A stretch of 63,992 bases of DNA, counting the filler, from Basidiobolus ranarum (Eukaryota): assembly GCA_040143965.1 (NCBI GenBank). It is 7 parts of 7 records of this genome, joined end to end, with 100 filler letters (N's around TTAATTAATTAA, not from the genome) between each part and the next. Parts side by side here need not be neighbours in the genome. Positions count along the whole stretch, not along the records: positions 46,474 to 55,649 come from JASJQH010000865.1; positions 55,750 to 63,992 come from JASJQH010000995.1; 5 more parts are not named here. One strand, given 5' to 3'. This document shows, piece after piece, positions 49,552-63,716 of the stretch. The notes beneath the pieces were generated by a model. The model saw nothing but the letters and a program-made list of their open reading frames with translations. It did no database searches and was not told the origin of the DNA. Numbering within the stretch: the first letter of the stretch is position 1; the number at the start of each line of letters is the position of its first letter. The position numbers were made by a program, and so were the translations under genes.

Positions 49552-51513
49552 TTACTTCTTTTTCTTCAATACCCGATCCAGATTGAATGCTGCCGAAATC
49601 AAAGCTATGTGTGTGAATGCTTGTGGGAAATTGCCTAGAGATTCGCCGCTCTTGTTGATCTCTTCGGAATAAAGTGATAGATGGTTGGCATATCCTAGCA
49701 TTTGTTCGAACATCACCATGGCACGATAGAGTAAGGTTTTGTCGTACTCACCAGCTCTGGTCAACGCTTCTACCAACCAGAATGTGCATAATGAGAAGCT
49801 ACCTTCTTCACCACCCACTCCATCCTGCGACAACATATGATTGTATCGGTAAACAAGGTTATTCTCTACGAGACCTCCTTTCTCAGGAGTTTTCATGATA
49901 CCCTGGATGGTTTTCAGCAAACGAGGATCACATGGCGAAATGAAGAACACTAGTGGCATAATCAGAATGGCGGAGTCTAGTGTGTCCCGTGATTCATATG
50001 ACTGTGAGAAATGTTCCCGTTCAGGGTTCCAGCCTTTTTCCATGATCTCCATATAAATGGTATCTCTTATTGCAACCCATTTCTCCTTGTCTGGACATGG
50101 GAAGTTGCTCCTTTTCTCTGTGAGTCTAATGGCACGATCTAACGCAACCCAACACATGACTTTAGAGTAAGTGAAGTTTTGTTTCGCACTACGGACTTCC
50201 CAGATTCCCATATCAGGCTGATCCCATGCATTACATACGTAATTTACCAAGCGAGTGATGTATGTCCACATACCATACGAGATAGGTTTCCCGTTTTTGT
50301 TGTACAGATAGATGGCATCCAAAAGTTCTCCATAGATATCTAACTGTAAGTGATCAGCTGCACCGTTTCCGATACGCACCGGTTTAGACTCACGATAGCC
50401 TTCCAAATGATCCAACTCTATCTCATCCAAATCTTTATCACCTCGTATGGTATACATGATTTGTAAAGAGCCATCGGGGTTCATCGTGGAGAGTATATGC
50501 TCTAAATACCCCATATACGCCTCTGCCTCCTGTGAAAAGCCTAGGCGGAGCAACGCATAGATGGTAAATGCAGAATCTCGAATCCATGTATACCTATAGT
50601 CCCAGTTCCGTGAGCCTCCCAAGCTTTCAGGTAAACTAAAAGTGGGGGCAGCGACAATGGCCCCAGTGGGTGCAAATACCAAAAGTTTCAAAGTTAAAGC
50701 ACTTCTTAGTACCGTTTCACGCCATTTACCTTCGTATGTTGACCCACCAATCCAATTTCTCCAATAAGCCAACGTACCAATCAATAATAGATTAGCAAAG
50801 TGGTTTGATAATGGAGGGTCTAAAGAGGATTCCTCAGGTACTTCGCGAAAAATAAAAGTAATCGACTGTCCTTCCGATAGAGTGATTTTGGTGGTAACAC
50901 CAGGACCAAGTAGACCTTCTCGATCCTCGATATCAAATTTCCAAAATGGACATTCATGCTCACCACAATCGTAAGTGAAACGTAGATCCATAGTCAAATT
51001 AGGCGACTGAAATTCTACCCGCCCAGGGCCCAGGTGATCATCGCTGTTGAGGTTGTCCGTTGTGTGAATCGTAGTTGTGTGACTATCTCGCGCATAATTA
51101 AATGCTGGAAAGCATTCCACATCCACCTCGATAGAACCCCTAATCGCTTCGACTTTACGCATCATCCAGGGCAACAGCTCATTCTTTTGGCCAGGGATAT
51201 CTTCTGGATGATTCATGAAGTCAGTGATTTGCGATACACCATGATCGCTGAGGAACTTTGTAGTGAGTATATTGGAGTTGGGTAAATACTGCTGCTTGAT
51301 GGATGTGTAATGTTGCGGAGTTATAGAGAAATGACCTCCCTTATTTTTGTCCAAGATGCGAGCAAACACAGAAGGACTATCAAAGTGAGGGTAGCAGAAG
51401 TAGTCGATTGCCCCATCCGTTGAGGCCAGTGCAACCGTACGCATATTGCCAATCAACCCATAGCTTTCAATGGGTAAATAGCCCGTATCTTTACGGTCTT
51501 TATATGCAAACAT
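49552..51513 (-). CDS. Glycoside hydrolase family 15 (trehalase/glucoamylase-like), intronless
   Basis: YLPIESYGLIGNMRT, FDSPSVFARILD, AAPTFSLPE, RNWDYRYTWIRD, VRIGNGA..LQLDIYGE, GIWEVR, LGNFPQAFTH. First ATG at 51513. Confidence 0.93.
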   Translation of the reverse strand: MFAYKDRKDTGYLPIESYGLIGNMRTVALASTDGAIDYFCYPHFDSPSVFARILDKNKGGHFSITPQHYTSIKQQYLPNSNILTTKFLSDHGVSQITDFMNHPEDIPGQKNELLPWMMRKVEAIRGSIEVDVECFPAFNYARDSHTTTIHTTDNLNSDDHLGPGRVEFQSPNLTMDLRFTYDCGEHECPFWKFDIEDREGLLGPGVTTKITLSEGQSITFIFREVPEESSLDPPLSNHFANLLLIGTLAYWRNWIGGSTYEGKWRETVLRSALTLKLLVFAPTGAIVAAPTFSLPESLGGSRNWDYRYTWIRDSAFTIYALLRLGFSQEAEAYMGYLEHILSTMNPDGSLQIMYTIRGDKDLDEIELDHLEGYRESKPVRIGNGAADHLQLDIYGELLDAIYLYNKNGKPISYGMWTYITRLVNYVCNAWDQPDMGIWEVRSAKQNFTYSKVMCWVALDRAIRLTEKRSNFPCPDKEKWVAIRDTIYMEIMEKGWNPEREHFSQSYESRDTLDSAILIMPLVFFISPCDPRLLKTIQGIMKTPEKGGLVENNLVYRYNHMLSQDGVGGEEGSFSLCTFWLVEALTRAGEYDKTLLYRAMVMFEQMLGYANHLSLYSEEINKSGESLGNFPQAFTHIALISAAFNLDRVLKKKK

Positions 51514-53052
51514 TTTTGATGGTAAGAAGATATTAGACAAGGTAGAGCAGTAGGTTATTTATGTTTTGAGCTCCAACTTTTATACTTTTCTTCTCGGGTA
51601 TGATATCAGAAACCTTAAATGCGATAATTTGTTTTTCTTAATTTTCTATAAAGAGTATTGACGAGCCCGAGTCATATTCAGTATAGTGAGAAACATCGAC
51701 ATCGTGACGTAACAATGGCATTCTTACGATTAGTAATTCTACCGTCTACCGTTAAATCAGCCTCTAATTAATAATTCTACAGTTAGATCAGCCTCCGCAT
51801 CGATCAAAGCTGGAGAAATATACAGCCTAATAACAGCCAGCCATCACTATGATGGGCCATAGGTGACGGAAGAATTCCTACCTTACTGAGCTGATTGATT
51901 GTCTAGCTCATTGATCCTGGGCCTAATCGAACGTGATTGGAATTATATTGAAGGAAAAGGTTGAGAAAGGGCGAGAAGTGCAGCAACGGCCTACTGGGGT
52001 AGGGTTAGATCGTGAACAGATCGTGTATTTGAGTATCTCTGTGCCACCCTCGAAGCTCGGCCTTAATCATTGGTCCAATTAGACAGAAACGTGGTATACG
52101 GAAGCAGTATAGGGGCAGGAAGCAGCATTCTCTGGCGCAGAGACAATGATTCCTCGTCAAGTAAGCAGCAGTGATTGGTTCTTAGACACCAAACCAGCTA
52201 TCTAATGATACTACTTTCTGAGGTACCTTGTAATTGAGGAGTCAAGCTGATAGGAGTCCAGATATGTTAGCTCCCTTAATCCAACCATCTGGTTATCATT
52301 GCTGTAACCAAGGAGTGGAGGTTTTGTATCCTCCTTTAAAATCAATTTCTTCGCACTATCCTAGCTGATTGCTGCACTGATCTAGGGTGGTTGGGATATC
52401 AGGAGAGGAAAGCTCAGAACTGTATACTTTTGAACCAATTACATCTTCTAATCAGGGGCAAAATATCCGGAACAACAGATTCCCAGTATTTCTCGATATA
52501 TCAAGGAATATGATGACTATATATATATATGACTGTTCGAGCTTATAACGGATGGATGTGAAATGAGATTCTTGGGGTTTCAATTAAATTATTATCTGCT
52601 AACTAAGAAAATATCGATTTACCTGCTGTTATAATTCCTATTTTATTCCAGCCAGAGTCGAGGTTCGTTCGACAAATTGTTGATATCAAAAATTGCTCTA
52701 CTTATTATCCCAAAAAAGTAGGAAACCACCACACGCAACGAAGCCATCAGTCTTTCTGACTTTACGAGTTTCTTTACTTTCTAACTTTCTTGCTCTTTGG
52801 CACCTCTATTATATTATTCCCTATTATCAACGAGTCATATTTATTTCCCTATAATAACAACCAACTTACTCTCGTGAACCATCTTGATTTCAACGTTGAG
52901 CCCTCATCTCTCCTCAACTTACACTAATCAGTGTCTCTTATCAATCTAATTTTTGACTTTCAAAAAATCGAAACATTTTACTCAACACAACATACGTTGT
53001 GTACTTAATAGAGAACTCTTCTTTCACGTTGCTCACACATTGCTTTTAGATC

Positions 53053-55649
53053 ATGTCAGCACCACCTCAACCACGACCTACCCCAAAACGCGATTCTGAT
53101 ATCATGTTTGTATTCCTTCATTTAGCTAAGAGCTTTGTCTCTAGACTTAAAACTCTAAATACCACACAAATTAACTTTTTTTCCAACTCCTTCACTTTCA
53201 GGCTAAATAAATATATTTATGACTACATGATTAAAAGAAAATTTAAAGGAGCTGCTCTTGCCTTTTTGAATGAGGCTAATCTTCAATCAGAATCCCAGCT
53301 TCAAACCCATAACCACCAACGTCAGCCAACAGCTTCTCCAAAACCCAACGATTCAGGGTCTAGTCCGGTAATAAAAAAGGAACAATCCAATGGAACTACC
53401 ATCAACTTCGAAAGTAATCCTTCTCGGAACATCAAGGCTGGCACCCCCGTCAATGGTGTATCCAACAACCGGCGAACAACTCCCGGACCTGGCTCTGACT
53501 ACGAATCTTCACAAGATGTATCATTATTACCACATATACAAGTACCTATCGATGCACCCGATGGATTTTTATTCGAATGGTGGTCGGTATTTTGGGACAT
53601 TTTCAGCGCTCGTTCTAATCAACCTGGCTCCAGTAGAGAGGCTCTTTCATATATTGATATGGTTAATCAAGTTAGTTGCATTTCATTTAAAACCTTTTCT
53701 AGTTTTAATGTTTCTGCTGATTATGAATGAAGTTAACCTTTTCCCATTTTTAGATGAAGCACAGTCAACCGAATCAACCAAATCCTCAAACAATAAATCC
53801 AAATAGCCATCTCCAAACTGCCACCAACCCAAGCCAACCTTCAGGTAGATGTTGCGTTTTTTTACCTCTGTCCTAGGACTCTTCACATCTAAGCCACATT
53901 TCTAACATCAACTTAATGTAGCTCCGACGATGCATGGTGATGTTCCTATCATGAAAGTGCAAACTCCATCGCCTGCTGGTAACAACACTCTGGCAAATAG
54001 TCAAGAAGCAATGAGCGCTCATAATGAAAAGGTAATTCTTATTTGCTGACACAATGTTGATCCTCAATAGAATGATCGAGTACTTACAGTGATCTTCGAA
54101 TTTCAGCAGCGTCAAATGCTCGCCAAACAAGCCATCATGAATAATCAACAACAGAGAGCCGGTGCAAAGGGGTAAATGGGATTTCTAAGGTTTATTATGT
54201 TATTGTAGTACGATTTTCTTAATCCTGTGTATCAATAGACCTACGAACCAGATGTCACCACAACCAGGCTTTAGAGAAGGGCCCCAAGTTCAGAGTTTGA
54301 ATCCTGGACCACATCTACATCAACAGGGGGTAAGCAATTACTATTTTATACGATTTAAGACGTAACGTTTCCCCAAATGGATTAACACAAATATTCAAGG
54401 CTAAGCGTCCCTCCGCCGAGCCTCAAAATGACCCTAGTGGTTCTCCTAACATGGGCCCACCTAACTCGTCACCTCAAAAGAGGCTCAAAACTTCTCCGGA
54501 GGTTGCTAATGCTGGTTTGTAGAATCATCTGAACATATTCATTATACACTTTATAACACAGTATTCATCATTAGGGGCTGAAAATCAATCACCCAAAAAT
54601 CCCCCTCAATCTTCACCTTTATCTGGGATGCAACAACTAAATGGAATGTCCCCACAGGTATAATATCTTCAACACAATACATACTTTTCTCGTGATACTT
54701 ATCTATACTGCTTTCATAGCAAATTGCTGCACTTCAAAATGCTTCTCAGAATAGTCAAGCTCGCTTTGCATTAGCTCAATATCAGCAAAAGCTTGCTTCA
54801 CAACAAGCTGCTATGGCTGCTGCGCATTTGAATACTAATGGTCCTACCAACCCTAGTAACGCGGTGAATCGCCCAAGTCAGTCTGTTTCTCCAGGACCAA
54901 TGTCACAACAGTCGCCCAATCAAGCCAATGCCTCTTTACCACCAAATAGCGGAAATGCCAATATGATGACATCTCCTATGAATGGGATGAATAACCCAGG
55001 TGCGGGAATTGGTAATGAATATCAATATCAACAATACATCCTTGAAAGTCAGAAGCAGTTCGCTATGCTTCAACAGCAACAAAGGAACGCTCAACAACAA
55101 TTATTGATGCAACAAAAACAACTCCAACAACCTGGTGGCAACAACAATTTGTTGAACCAGCAACGAGTTGCCGCTGCTAATCTTCAACGTCAACAGATTC
55201 TTCAAAATCAACAGCGCGGGATGATTCCTCATCAAAGCGGTATGAATCCCAGTGGACCGATGGCAGGTGGTATGCATCAACTCTCTCCTCAGTCTGCTAA
55301 CGCCAACCTACCAAATATGGAGGATCCAAATATTTCTCGTGCCGGACCTGGAGTAATGGCTACTCCTATGGCTAATGGTATGGCCCCCGGCCCTAATCCT
55401 ATGAATGCTGGACGTCCGGTGATGGCTGGACGTAATATGATGAATGGTGGGATGGTAGGTATGAACATGAATCCTAATGCTATGTCACCCAATGCCGCTT
55501 TGCTTTATCAACAAAATCTTATGAGAATGAAGAACGCACAGGTATTATTGCTCCCGTTTGCGTTATTAAATCTTCGATGGCTAATCTAATAATCTAATCT
55601 ACTATCAGATGCTTCAACAACAACAATTGCAACAGCAACAACAACATCA
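53053..55649 (+). CDS. LisH/LUFS-domain transcriptional regulator (Flo8/Som1/SSBP-like), multi-exon, truncated in poly-Q at contig end
   Basis: [12 protein letters not shown]…AFLNEA and [19 protein letters not shown], followed by Q/M/N/P-rich low-complexity exons. Confidence 0.88.
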
Positions 55650-55749
55650 NNNNNNNNNNNNNNNNNNNNNNNNNNNNNNNNNNNNNNNNNNNNTTAATTA
55701 ATTAANNNNNNNNNNNNNNNNNNNNNNNNNNNNNNNNNNNNNNNNNNNN
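55650..55749. other. Artificial contig spacer
   Basis: N44-TTAATTAATTAA-N44. Confidence 0.99.
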
Positions 55750-56039
55750 ATGCTTTCCAAAAGGGCATGTTGGATTGTGAGCTCTTCTTTAAGTCAGGTT
55801 AGGATAAGAAGGTGCTTCTTGCCTTATATATAGATCATGTTGCAATAGCAACCAAATTGTCCTACGTTATCAGTTATATCTTGTAAATCCCTTGATGCCA
55901 CATCCTCAATATTGTCTCAGCTTTGACTGATTTCATTAAGTGAATACACCTAAAATACCACCCTGATGTAGTGGATCTTCTTTCTGTGCAGCCATATCCT
56001 TCTTATGCAACAACAAAAACAATTAAAGAAGCTTAGCTA

Positions 56040-57530
56040 TTATTGTCACAAATTCTTGTGCTCCGGAGACAGTAGGCTTGATAGAAAATTTTTTGCAAGC
56101 ATGATATCCCTATAAGGCCATCAGCTGCACATAGCATGGTAAGTATCAACAGTGATAAGTACACAAAGACTGCTTTAGTCTTCTTACTTGATAACAGTTT
56201 ATAGGGGATTTGGAAGTGTGTTGAACATATTTTGGATATGTGAATTAGACACATATATTTAATTCCGTAGAATATGTCCTATTGATAGTTCACTATGAAA
56301 TCAGACTAGTGGATGTGGTTATATCACAACAAACAATCCTGTATGGCATGGGTGAAAATTTGAGGCAATATATAAAAGTTTTGAGAAAATAGTAAAAATT
56401 GGCAAAAGTGCTCTAATTGGTATATCTATCAATCAGAGCAATAAACACACATTTTTGAATGGCAGAATTGAGTGCTAAATAATCAGAATATGAATACACT
56501 AACCAGTAATTAATAATCTGCTATTTACCTTATTTCAACACCACTGAGTCTATAGGTTGTGCCTAATCTCAAAGCTTTGGTTACACCATTGAAAGTAAAG
56601 TAAATGTGGAGTTACCATAGTTGTATGAATAGAGTGATGTAGGTAGAAGTTTGGTCAAGCCTGTGAGTCCAGAATACTTTGAGGACTTGATGCTAGATAT
56701 TGACCTCAATTATTCCAGTGCTGATGGCAGTATACCAGAAGATGAAAAAGAAGATTATGGCTTTGTTATAAACTCTTTGTTGTTGGCAAGCATTTCTCCA
56801 CTCATAACATCTATATTCAAGGAAGCAGCTACATTTACATAGGAGTGGAGTGTTCAATCCAATTGTAGTAAATAGCTGTTTACTGGTTTTCTTATACCTT
56901 TACCACAGTTTACTGGCAAAAGTTGCTTGCCACAGACCAGGTACAAGTGGGAAACACTTGTCAACTGTAAAACTTATAATACTTCAGTAATTAAGCTACC
57001 TTCATGTCCAAATGGTTGTTTGGCTTTTGCCAGCAATCTGAAAAACCTGGAGTCATGCACTGTCTGAGCACATATGGCAATCAATGAATCAGGTAAATGT
57101 TGCTCATATTTGGCTTACATACCATTGATTTTTTGTTTTGAAAATGTGATGAAATCAGCCAAATCTAAATCATTGATCTGGTACTGAATTACTCACCATA
57201 AAGCTGATAGTATTACAAATATATTAGTTGGAGATTACCACCGGAATCTGAAAAGTCAAGGTTTCTTTGATAACACATATGACCATGCAATTGCATTTGC
57301 TCTGAATGGTTTTAAACAAAACAAATATATCATTGGAAAGGCTTGTTGGACAGCAATTTTAATTAACTTATATTTCTCTTCTTCTGAGCAGTATGAGAGT
57401 CAGAATACTTTGACAATATCCATGATATCATAACCTGGGAGCCTTTAAATGTGGAATTTGAAAGGTTACTAAATGGGATTCAGATGGGTGAATGTGTTTT
57501 CAAAGCTAATATCATTGCTACCCACTTGCA
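56040..57530 (+). mobile_element. Decayed CACTA/En-Spm-like transposase copy A
   Basis: Broken frames give IKLPSCPNGCLAF…LESCTV, LAYIPL, ALNGF, CWTAILINL. Homologous to 62627-63716. Confidence 0.75.
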
Positions 57531-57999
57531 GGTTGATTTATTTCGATTACTAGCTCATATAACTACTATTTTCCAATTTGTATACTGTAATCCATATTTG
57601 ACTTACACATATTTTCTAGTTAATCATGTCACACTATTGGTACTATCCCCTACTATTTGAGATTTATTGGTATTAACCAACACTTATCCATTTATATTAT
57701 TGGAAATTTCAACAATGTTCCAGAAAATTCCAAAAGATTGTTAGAATATTTGATGAATGATTGAAAAATTACCCATGAAACTTGATTTTGCCACAATATT
57801 CCATGACTATCTGGATTATTCTGCAACCTTCCAGAACACTACATGGATTACTGATTTTATGACTTATGATGATATTATATCCTCAGATCTCATCCTGTGC
57901 TATTCTTAAGAACTTTCTTTGAATTCACATTAGTAATCATTTCTATCTTCAGAAAAGTACTAATAAAAGTCATATCCTTTCAATAAGTATCATCCTGAT

Positions 58000-59700
58000 T
58001 TTCAGCTTACAATTACTACTTGTGATCACCACTTATTTTTATCACTGCTTTCATAACATTTGAAGAGGAAGCTTCTATGAGACCACTAGAGACAGTTACC
58101 AGCTACGGTGGGCAAGTTGTTAGTGGCATGAGACAGACCCACACTACAGTAAATCCCAGAGTTATTTAACTATAGTTATTCATCCTTTTGACACCTCACA
58201 AAACCATTGAGGTATTTCAGTGAGAGTTGCTGCTGACACCCTAAAACAACTATACCACCATTAGTAAACATAGAGGTTCTTGCAGGCACAATGCTCTATC
58301 TTGCTGCAGATTCTGTCATATCAAAGAACTTTACTCTACCAGGCACACATATTACTACTAGCCAAATATAACACCAAACTCTGTGATTTTGCAGTCAAGT
58401 GCCTGGTTGGATTTCAATGTATTTGTTAATATTAATGCACTAAATAGTAAGTCTAACATCAACTTTAGGACTAGCAGTAAGTCTAATATTTTGTCATTTA
58501 ATGAAGTCAGCTGGAGCCAATATTTCTCATTAGGCACTATGCCCTGACTATTCAACAAAGTTACGATACTAATTACTCAGCTGTAGAGTGAAAATTCAAT
58601 CTCAGTGAGCCCTATGAGATAGGAACAAATTATGAATCAATTTGGAGAATGCCTGAAAACATTAAGATACTACCACATTTTGCCAGGACTCCCATTAGCT
58701 GCCACTCATCTAGCAATTTATTTGAATGCAAAGGCCCAATATATTGGATTTTTATATATTCATGTGTTATGTTGAAAAGATTTTTGCCTGACAGGTATTG
58801 ATTACATTGAGAGATATTTGTGGATATTGTTAATATATTCTTTTGGCATCAACTCACGTTGACAGATTGCTGCTGGATAAAGCAACTGTCCAAAGATTCT
58901 GTCAATGGATGTGACAAACTTTATTACTGGTTTATAGAATATAGACTGAATCTATGCCAGTACTGTACACATTCCCTGGTGGATCCATCACAGTTGTTAC
59001 AGATCATAGCCTCTTGCAATACATTCTGAGAGTTCCCAATGGAGTTCTCCTTGAGAAAATTATGGTCCAGGTGATATTATTAATATTACCATATACTAAT
59101 CCAAGTATATATGTAGCAGCAAAAATAGTGATGGATGTAATGCAATGGGTGAAGAAGACTACACACTGTCCTAGTCTTCAATACAAGGCTTTTTTTAATG
59201 TGCTCATGGTTTTCCACTTTATCTTAGCACAATGCCATCAACAAAACCCAATCTATAGACATAAAGTAAATACCTCAATAAGTTCAGCTATTTTTTTTGT
59301 GATGCTCCAATTATATTCTTAGGAAAGCTGCATGACATACTTCTTGGGAAGATAGGTCAAGATATGCAGTCTAATCACTTCAGCCATGAGGTTGTTTATA
59401 AAAGATGTGACACTACTATTTGTGGCAGGACATTTGTTGATTGCAAGTTGCAGATATTTTGGTTAAATTCCTAAAAGAAATTTGTAAAAATCCAAGAGCT
59501 TATTCTCATTGTCAAAGGTACCAAGAGTTAGGTATTTGCCAAATTTCAGTGCTATTTTAAAATATTGTGTGTTCACTTCTTTTTCCACCTTTAGTTTGGT
59601 GGCAAAACACATTGATGTTCTTAAGTTATGTATGATTGGTCCGGTATATGCATATGTAGAGACTGAATAGAACAAGATTCTTGTATTTTTTGACTCTGAT
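58000..59700 (+). mobile_element. Highly degenerate Ty3/gypsy-like pol remnants
   Basis: Fragments resembling RNase H (ITVVTDHSLLQYIL) and integrase (SMD…FITG, LHD…HYYLWQD) in CpG-poor sequence. Motifs are weak and the boundaries approximate. Confidence 0.4.
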
Positions 59701-60669
59701 TATGCCTGGAATGGCTTGAAATATCTAAGTAAGTGCTTACATATTAATTCAAATCAAGATAGCAATAAATCCAGTAATCTGCCATTTGAAAATTGGTTTT
59801 TTCCAAAAATTGTAGGAAGTTGAATAATGATTGCCAAATATTTAGGATCAGTATTTCCATTGGCATAATAACCATCATAATATCATTATAAACCCACTAT
59901 CATACCATCAAAATAGCTGGTAGAATATGAGCTATTGAGATTATGATGGTCCACTGATGGTGTTGTGCTCAAGATGGATGGATCCAATCCAGATCTAATC
60001 AATTTGTGTAGTTAAGGTACAGGATTGAAGATAAGTGTTTGCTGCTACCAATGTCATTGTTCTTAAATAGCTAATAAATATAGGGGGTTCAGCAAGCTAG
60101 TATTGAATTCACTAAAACTTGACTGGAATGAATTAAGGGTGATAATCCTACATCTAAACTTCAACTGTAGAATCATATGAGTAATGACTCATCTTCTGAA
60201 TACCAATCTAATTACTATATCAGAATCTAGCTACATACTAATGGGGTGGTAAAATAATGGGCCAAGACATCCTGGGGTAGCACAGCATTTAGCTGCTCCA
60301 TATTTGGATGATAGAGTCCCAAAAATAATGTGTCCTACAAGAAGGGAAGGGATAGGTATGTGTGACCTTTCATTGAATATGATATTAAGACAATCTTGTG
60401 ACCAACTAGGATTATCTACTAGATCATCATATAACTGCTAACAAACACTGAGTGCTTTCTAGATTTCCAATAACTGAAGGTACTGCTAATAATGAGCTAG
60501 GGATAATACTGACATACTGATGGTACTAATATGCTGATAATTCTAAACATTGCATAACCCAGCCAACACTTAAGCTGCTACAACTAGCAAATCATAACAC
60601 GCAATATCCCTCTTTTGCCACATGGCAAATATTTGAATAAACTCTTCTTTTGTTGTCCTAATTTCTTGA

Positions 60670-61200
60670 GCTGTGATAGCCAGCAACTCTATAGAAAAAA
60701 ATTGCAAGCACCATCTCTGTACAAAGCCACCAGCTGCACAAGGCTGGTGAGTATCAGCATTCAGAAGCTGACCAAGACTGCTTTAGTTTACCCTACTGAG
60801 TCCATTGACTGTACTTTATCTCAAAATGTTGTAATACTATTGAAAGTGAAAATATCACATAGTTGCCAGAGTACTATGATCAGAATCATGCAGGTACAAG
60901 TGCAAATTTGGTCAAGTTGGTAAGTATGGAAAACATCAAGGACATGCTACTAGATGTTGACCATGATTATTCCAGTACTGATGGCAGTACATCAGAAGAA
61001 GATGAAGAAAAAGATGATAGTTTTGTTATGGACTCTTAATATTGGCAAGCATTAGTCCACTTGCAACTTACAGTTAAGGAAGCAGCTTTGATTACTGAGA
61101 AGTGGAGAGTTTAATATCAAGTAGGCAACCAGATGTTTGTTGGTTTTCTTACACTTATACCACAGTTGATTGGCAACTGTTACTTGTCACAGACTTGGTA
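60670..61200 (+). mobile_element. Partial CACTA-like copy B
   Basis: Shares ggacatgctactagatgttgacc…ttattccagtactgatggcag… with 56680 and 62840. Confidence 0.7.
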
Positions 61201-62626
61201 AACATGGACAGCATTAGGAAGCTACCATCTCATCAGGGTGATATCTGGCAGAATACAAACCACCAATATTGTGATGGTCCTCTCATGGTTATCTGCTTCA
61301 GAAGGGTGGATACAATCCAGATTAAATCTATTTTAATTTTGTTAGGGTAAAATGGATTAAAATTGAGATGGTTTTCTGACAATAACAATTCTGAAGTTTC
61401 TGTCAGGGTTAGTTATTGTTCTATGCCTGGCCTCTGCTCTTTTCAGCCTTTTTGGTAATGTATGATGGCTCTGGCAAGATCTCTGACTCCTTGCTTGATA
61501 TATGCCCACTTGCTATTAAAACATTGAATCCTGTCTCTGATTTTCAGCATTTTTTAATTCAATAGTTTTCTAGTTTATGAGCTGCTTTTGGTTGCCCATG
61601 CTATTGCTGGCTGTTGCGGTGGATTGATAGACACGCTATTGTTTTATTTTGCTACAGTCCTCTGTTTTTCCTAATGTGATGGGTGTGATTATGGCTGAAA
61701 GCCAGGGAAGGATCCTACACACAGTGCCATATGACCTTGTTTTACTGTCAATCTGTTATCTATATCTATGACTCTACAATTAAGAATATCTGCTCTTTCC
61801 TCAATTATGCTGTTCCTACAGTACATTGCTTGTAAACCTGAGTTAAGAAATTTTACAAAATCTCATTATTGTTTTCCACAAAGATTAGCTTTAGCATATG
61901 TGTGTGTGAGAGAAAAATGTTGTTCTCTTGGTCATTACAGCTCTTTGATGGTTGCCTGGCTTCTGTTGGATATGTACAATGCTCACAAACTTTCATTTTG
62001 GTCAGGGGTAAATTTGAATTCTGCCAACTAGGCAATTCTCATAAACTTACTGAAATAGTTAATCTTAACTGGCCAAATCTCCTATACCAAAATTTTATAT
62101 TTTCTTGATTTGATTAACTTGTATCTGCACATTAATTAATCAGAGAATAGTCAAGCTTGTACAAGATATCAGTGCAGTGAAACTTTGGATGATACAGAAG
62201 GTGTGGACAATTGAGCTGGATGGAATGCAACTAAACATTGACTTGTTTGGTTGATGTTGCAGTATTATTGTCTAAAAACTCTGTTGTCCTATGCAATCAG
62301 AGTATTTATGCCTCACTTTCCATTAACTTCTAGTGGTATACATAGTTTCCCTATAGATAGGTAAACTCCTGGAATTATCTCTGGGGAGTGGGGAGCCCTA
62401 ACAAAAATAAAATTGTTTTGATCAAGACTGGATCGACATTCTGGATTGCAAAACCATCAGAGAAGCCTGACAATATTGGTGGCTTACATTCTGCCCGGGA
62501 TTTTGATGGTGAGACTGTGGCTTCTTGATAGTATTTTGATGGTGTTCACACATAATAAATGATTGATCCTCATGTTTGGCATGTGTTTTTTAATTTCCAA
62601 CAATTTTTGAAAGAAACTAATTTGTG

Positions 62627-63716
62627 AAGCCACCAGCTGCACAAAGCCTGGTGAATATAAAAAGTAAGAAGTGCACAAAATTGACTTTAGTTTTGCCCAC
62701 TAAATCCAATGACTGTACTTTGCCTCCAAGTTTTGGTAACACTGCCAAACGTCAAGATACTATGGAGTTACCACAGTTATATGACCAGAATGATGAGATA
62801 GAAATGCCACTTTGGTTGAACCAGTAAGCCCAGACATCTTTGAGGACATGCTGCTAGATGTTGACCTTGGTTATTCCAGTACTGATGGTAGTATATCAAA
62901 AGTTGAAGAAGAAGACAATGGTTTTGTTATGGATGATTTGTTATTGGCAAGCATCAGTCCATGCATAACACTTACAGTAAAGAAAGCAGCTTTGATTATT
63001 GAGGAGTGGAGAGTTCAACCCAATCTTAGCAACTAAGTGTTTATTGGTTTTCTTAAACTTTTACCACAGTTGATTGGCAACTGTTGCTTGCCACAGATCT
63101 GGTACAAGTGGAAAACACTTGTCAATTGTATGACTTATAATCCTGTAGTAATTAAACTACCTTCATGTGCTAATGGTTTTTGTCTTTCACTGGTGATCTG
63201 AAAAACCTGAAGTCATGTACTGTTTGTACACAATTGGCCATCACCAAATCTTGTAAATATTGTTCATGTTTTGCTTACATACCATTGATTCCCCAGCTTA
63301 AAGTTTTAATGAAATCACCTAAATATAGATCCTTAATCCAATACCAAAGTACTCACCATAAAGCTGATGGTATTACCAGTATTCTTGATGGATATCACTA
63401 CTAGAATCTGAGAAGTCAAGGTTTTTTGAGAACACATGTGATGATGCATTTACATTGGCTATGGATGGTTTCTTGTTAAACAAATATATCATAGGAAAGG
63501 CTTGCTGGCCAATAATTTTAATTAACTTAAATCTTCATCCTTCTGAATGATATAAGAGTCATAATATTTTGAAAACATCCATTATATTGGGACCTATATC
63601 ACCAGTGCTTATAAATAGCTTCTTGAGGCCTTTGATTGTGGAACTAGAATGGCTATCTAATGGGGTTCAGATGAATGAATGTTTTATCAAAGCTAATATC
63701 ATTATATGTATTATTG
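62627..63716 (+). mobile_element. Decayed CACTA/En-Spm-like (Transposase_21-type) copy C
   Basis: LKSCTVC, FAYIPLIPQLK, ITSILDGYHY, LAMDGF, CWPIILINLNLHPSE*Y, GPISPVLINSFLRPLIVELEWLSNGV. Confidence 0.8.

Noticed and set aside
9206-55749. Regularly spaced TTAATTAATTAA motifs flanked by N
   Set aside because: Artificial all-frame-stop linkers between size-sorted contigs, not biological repeats.
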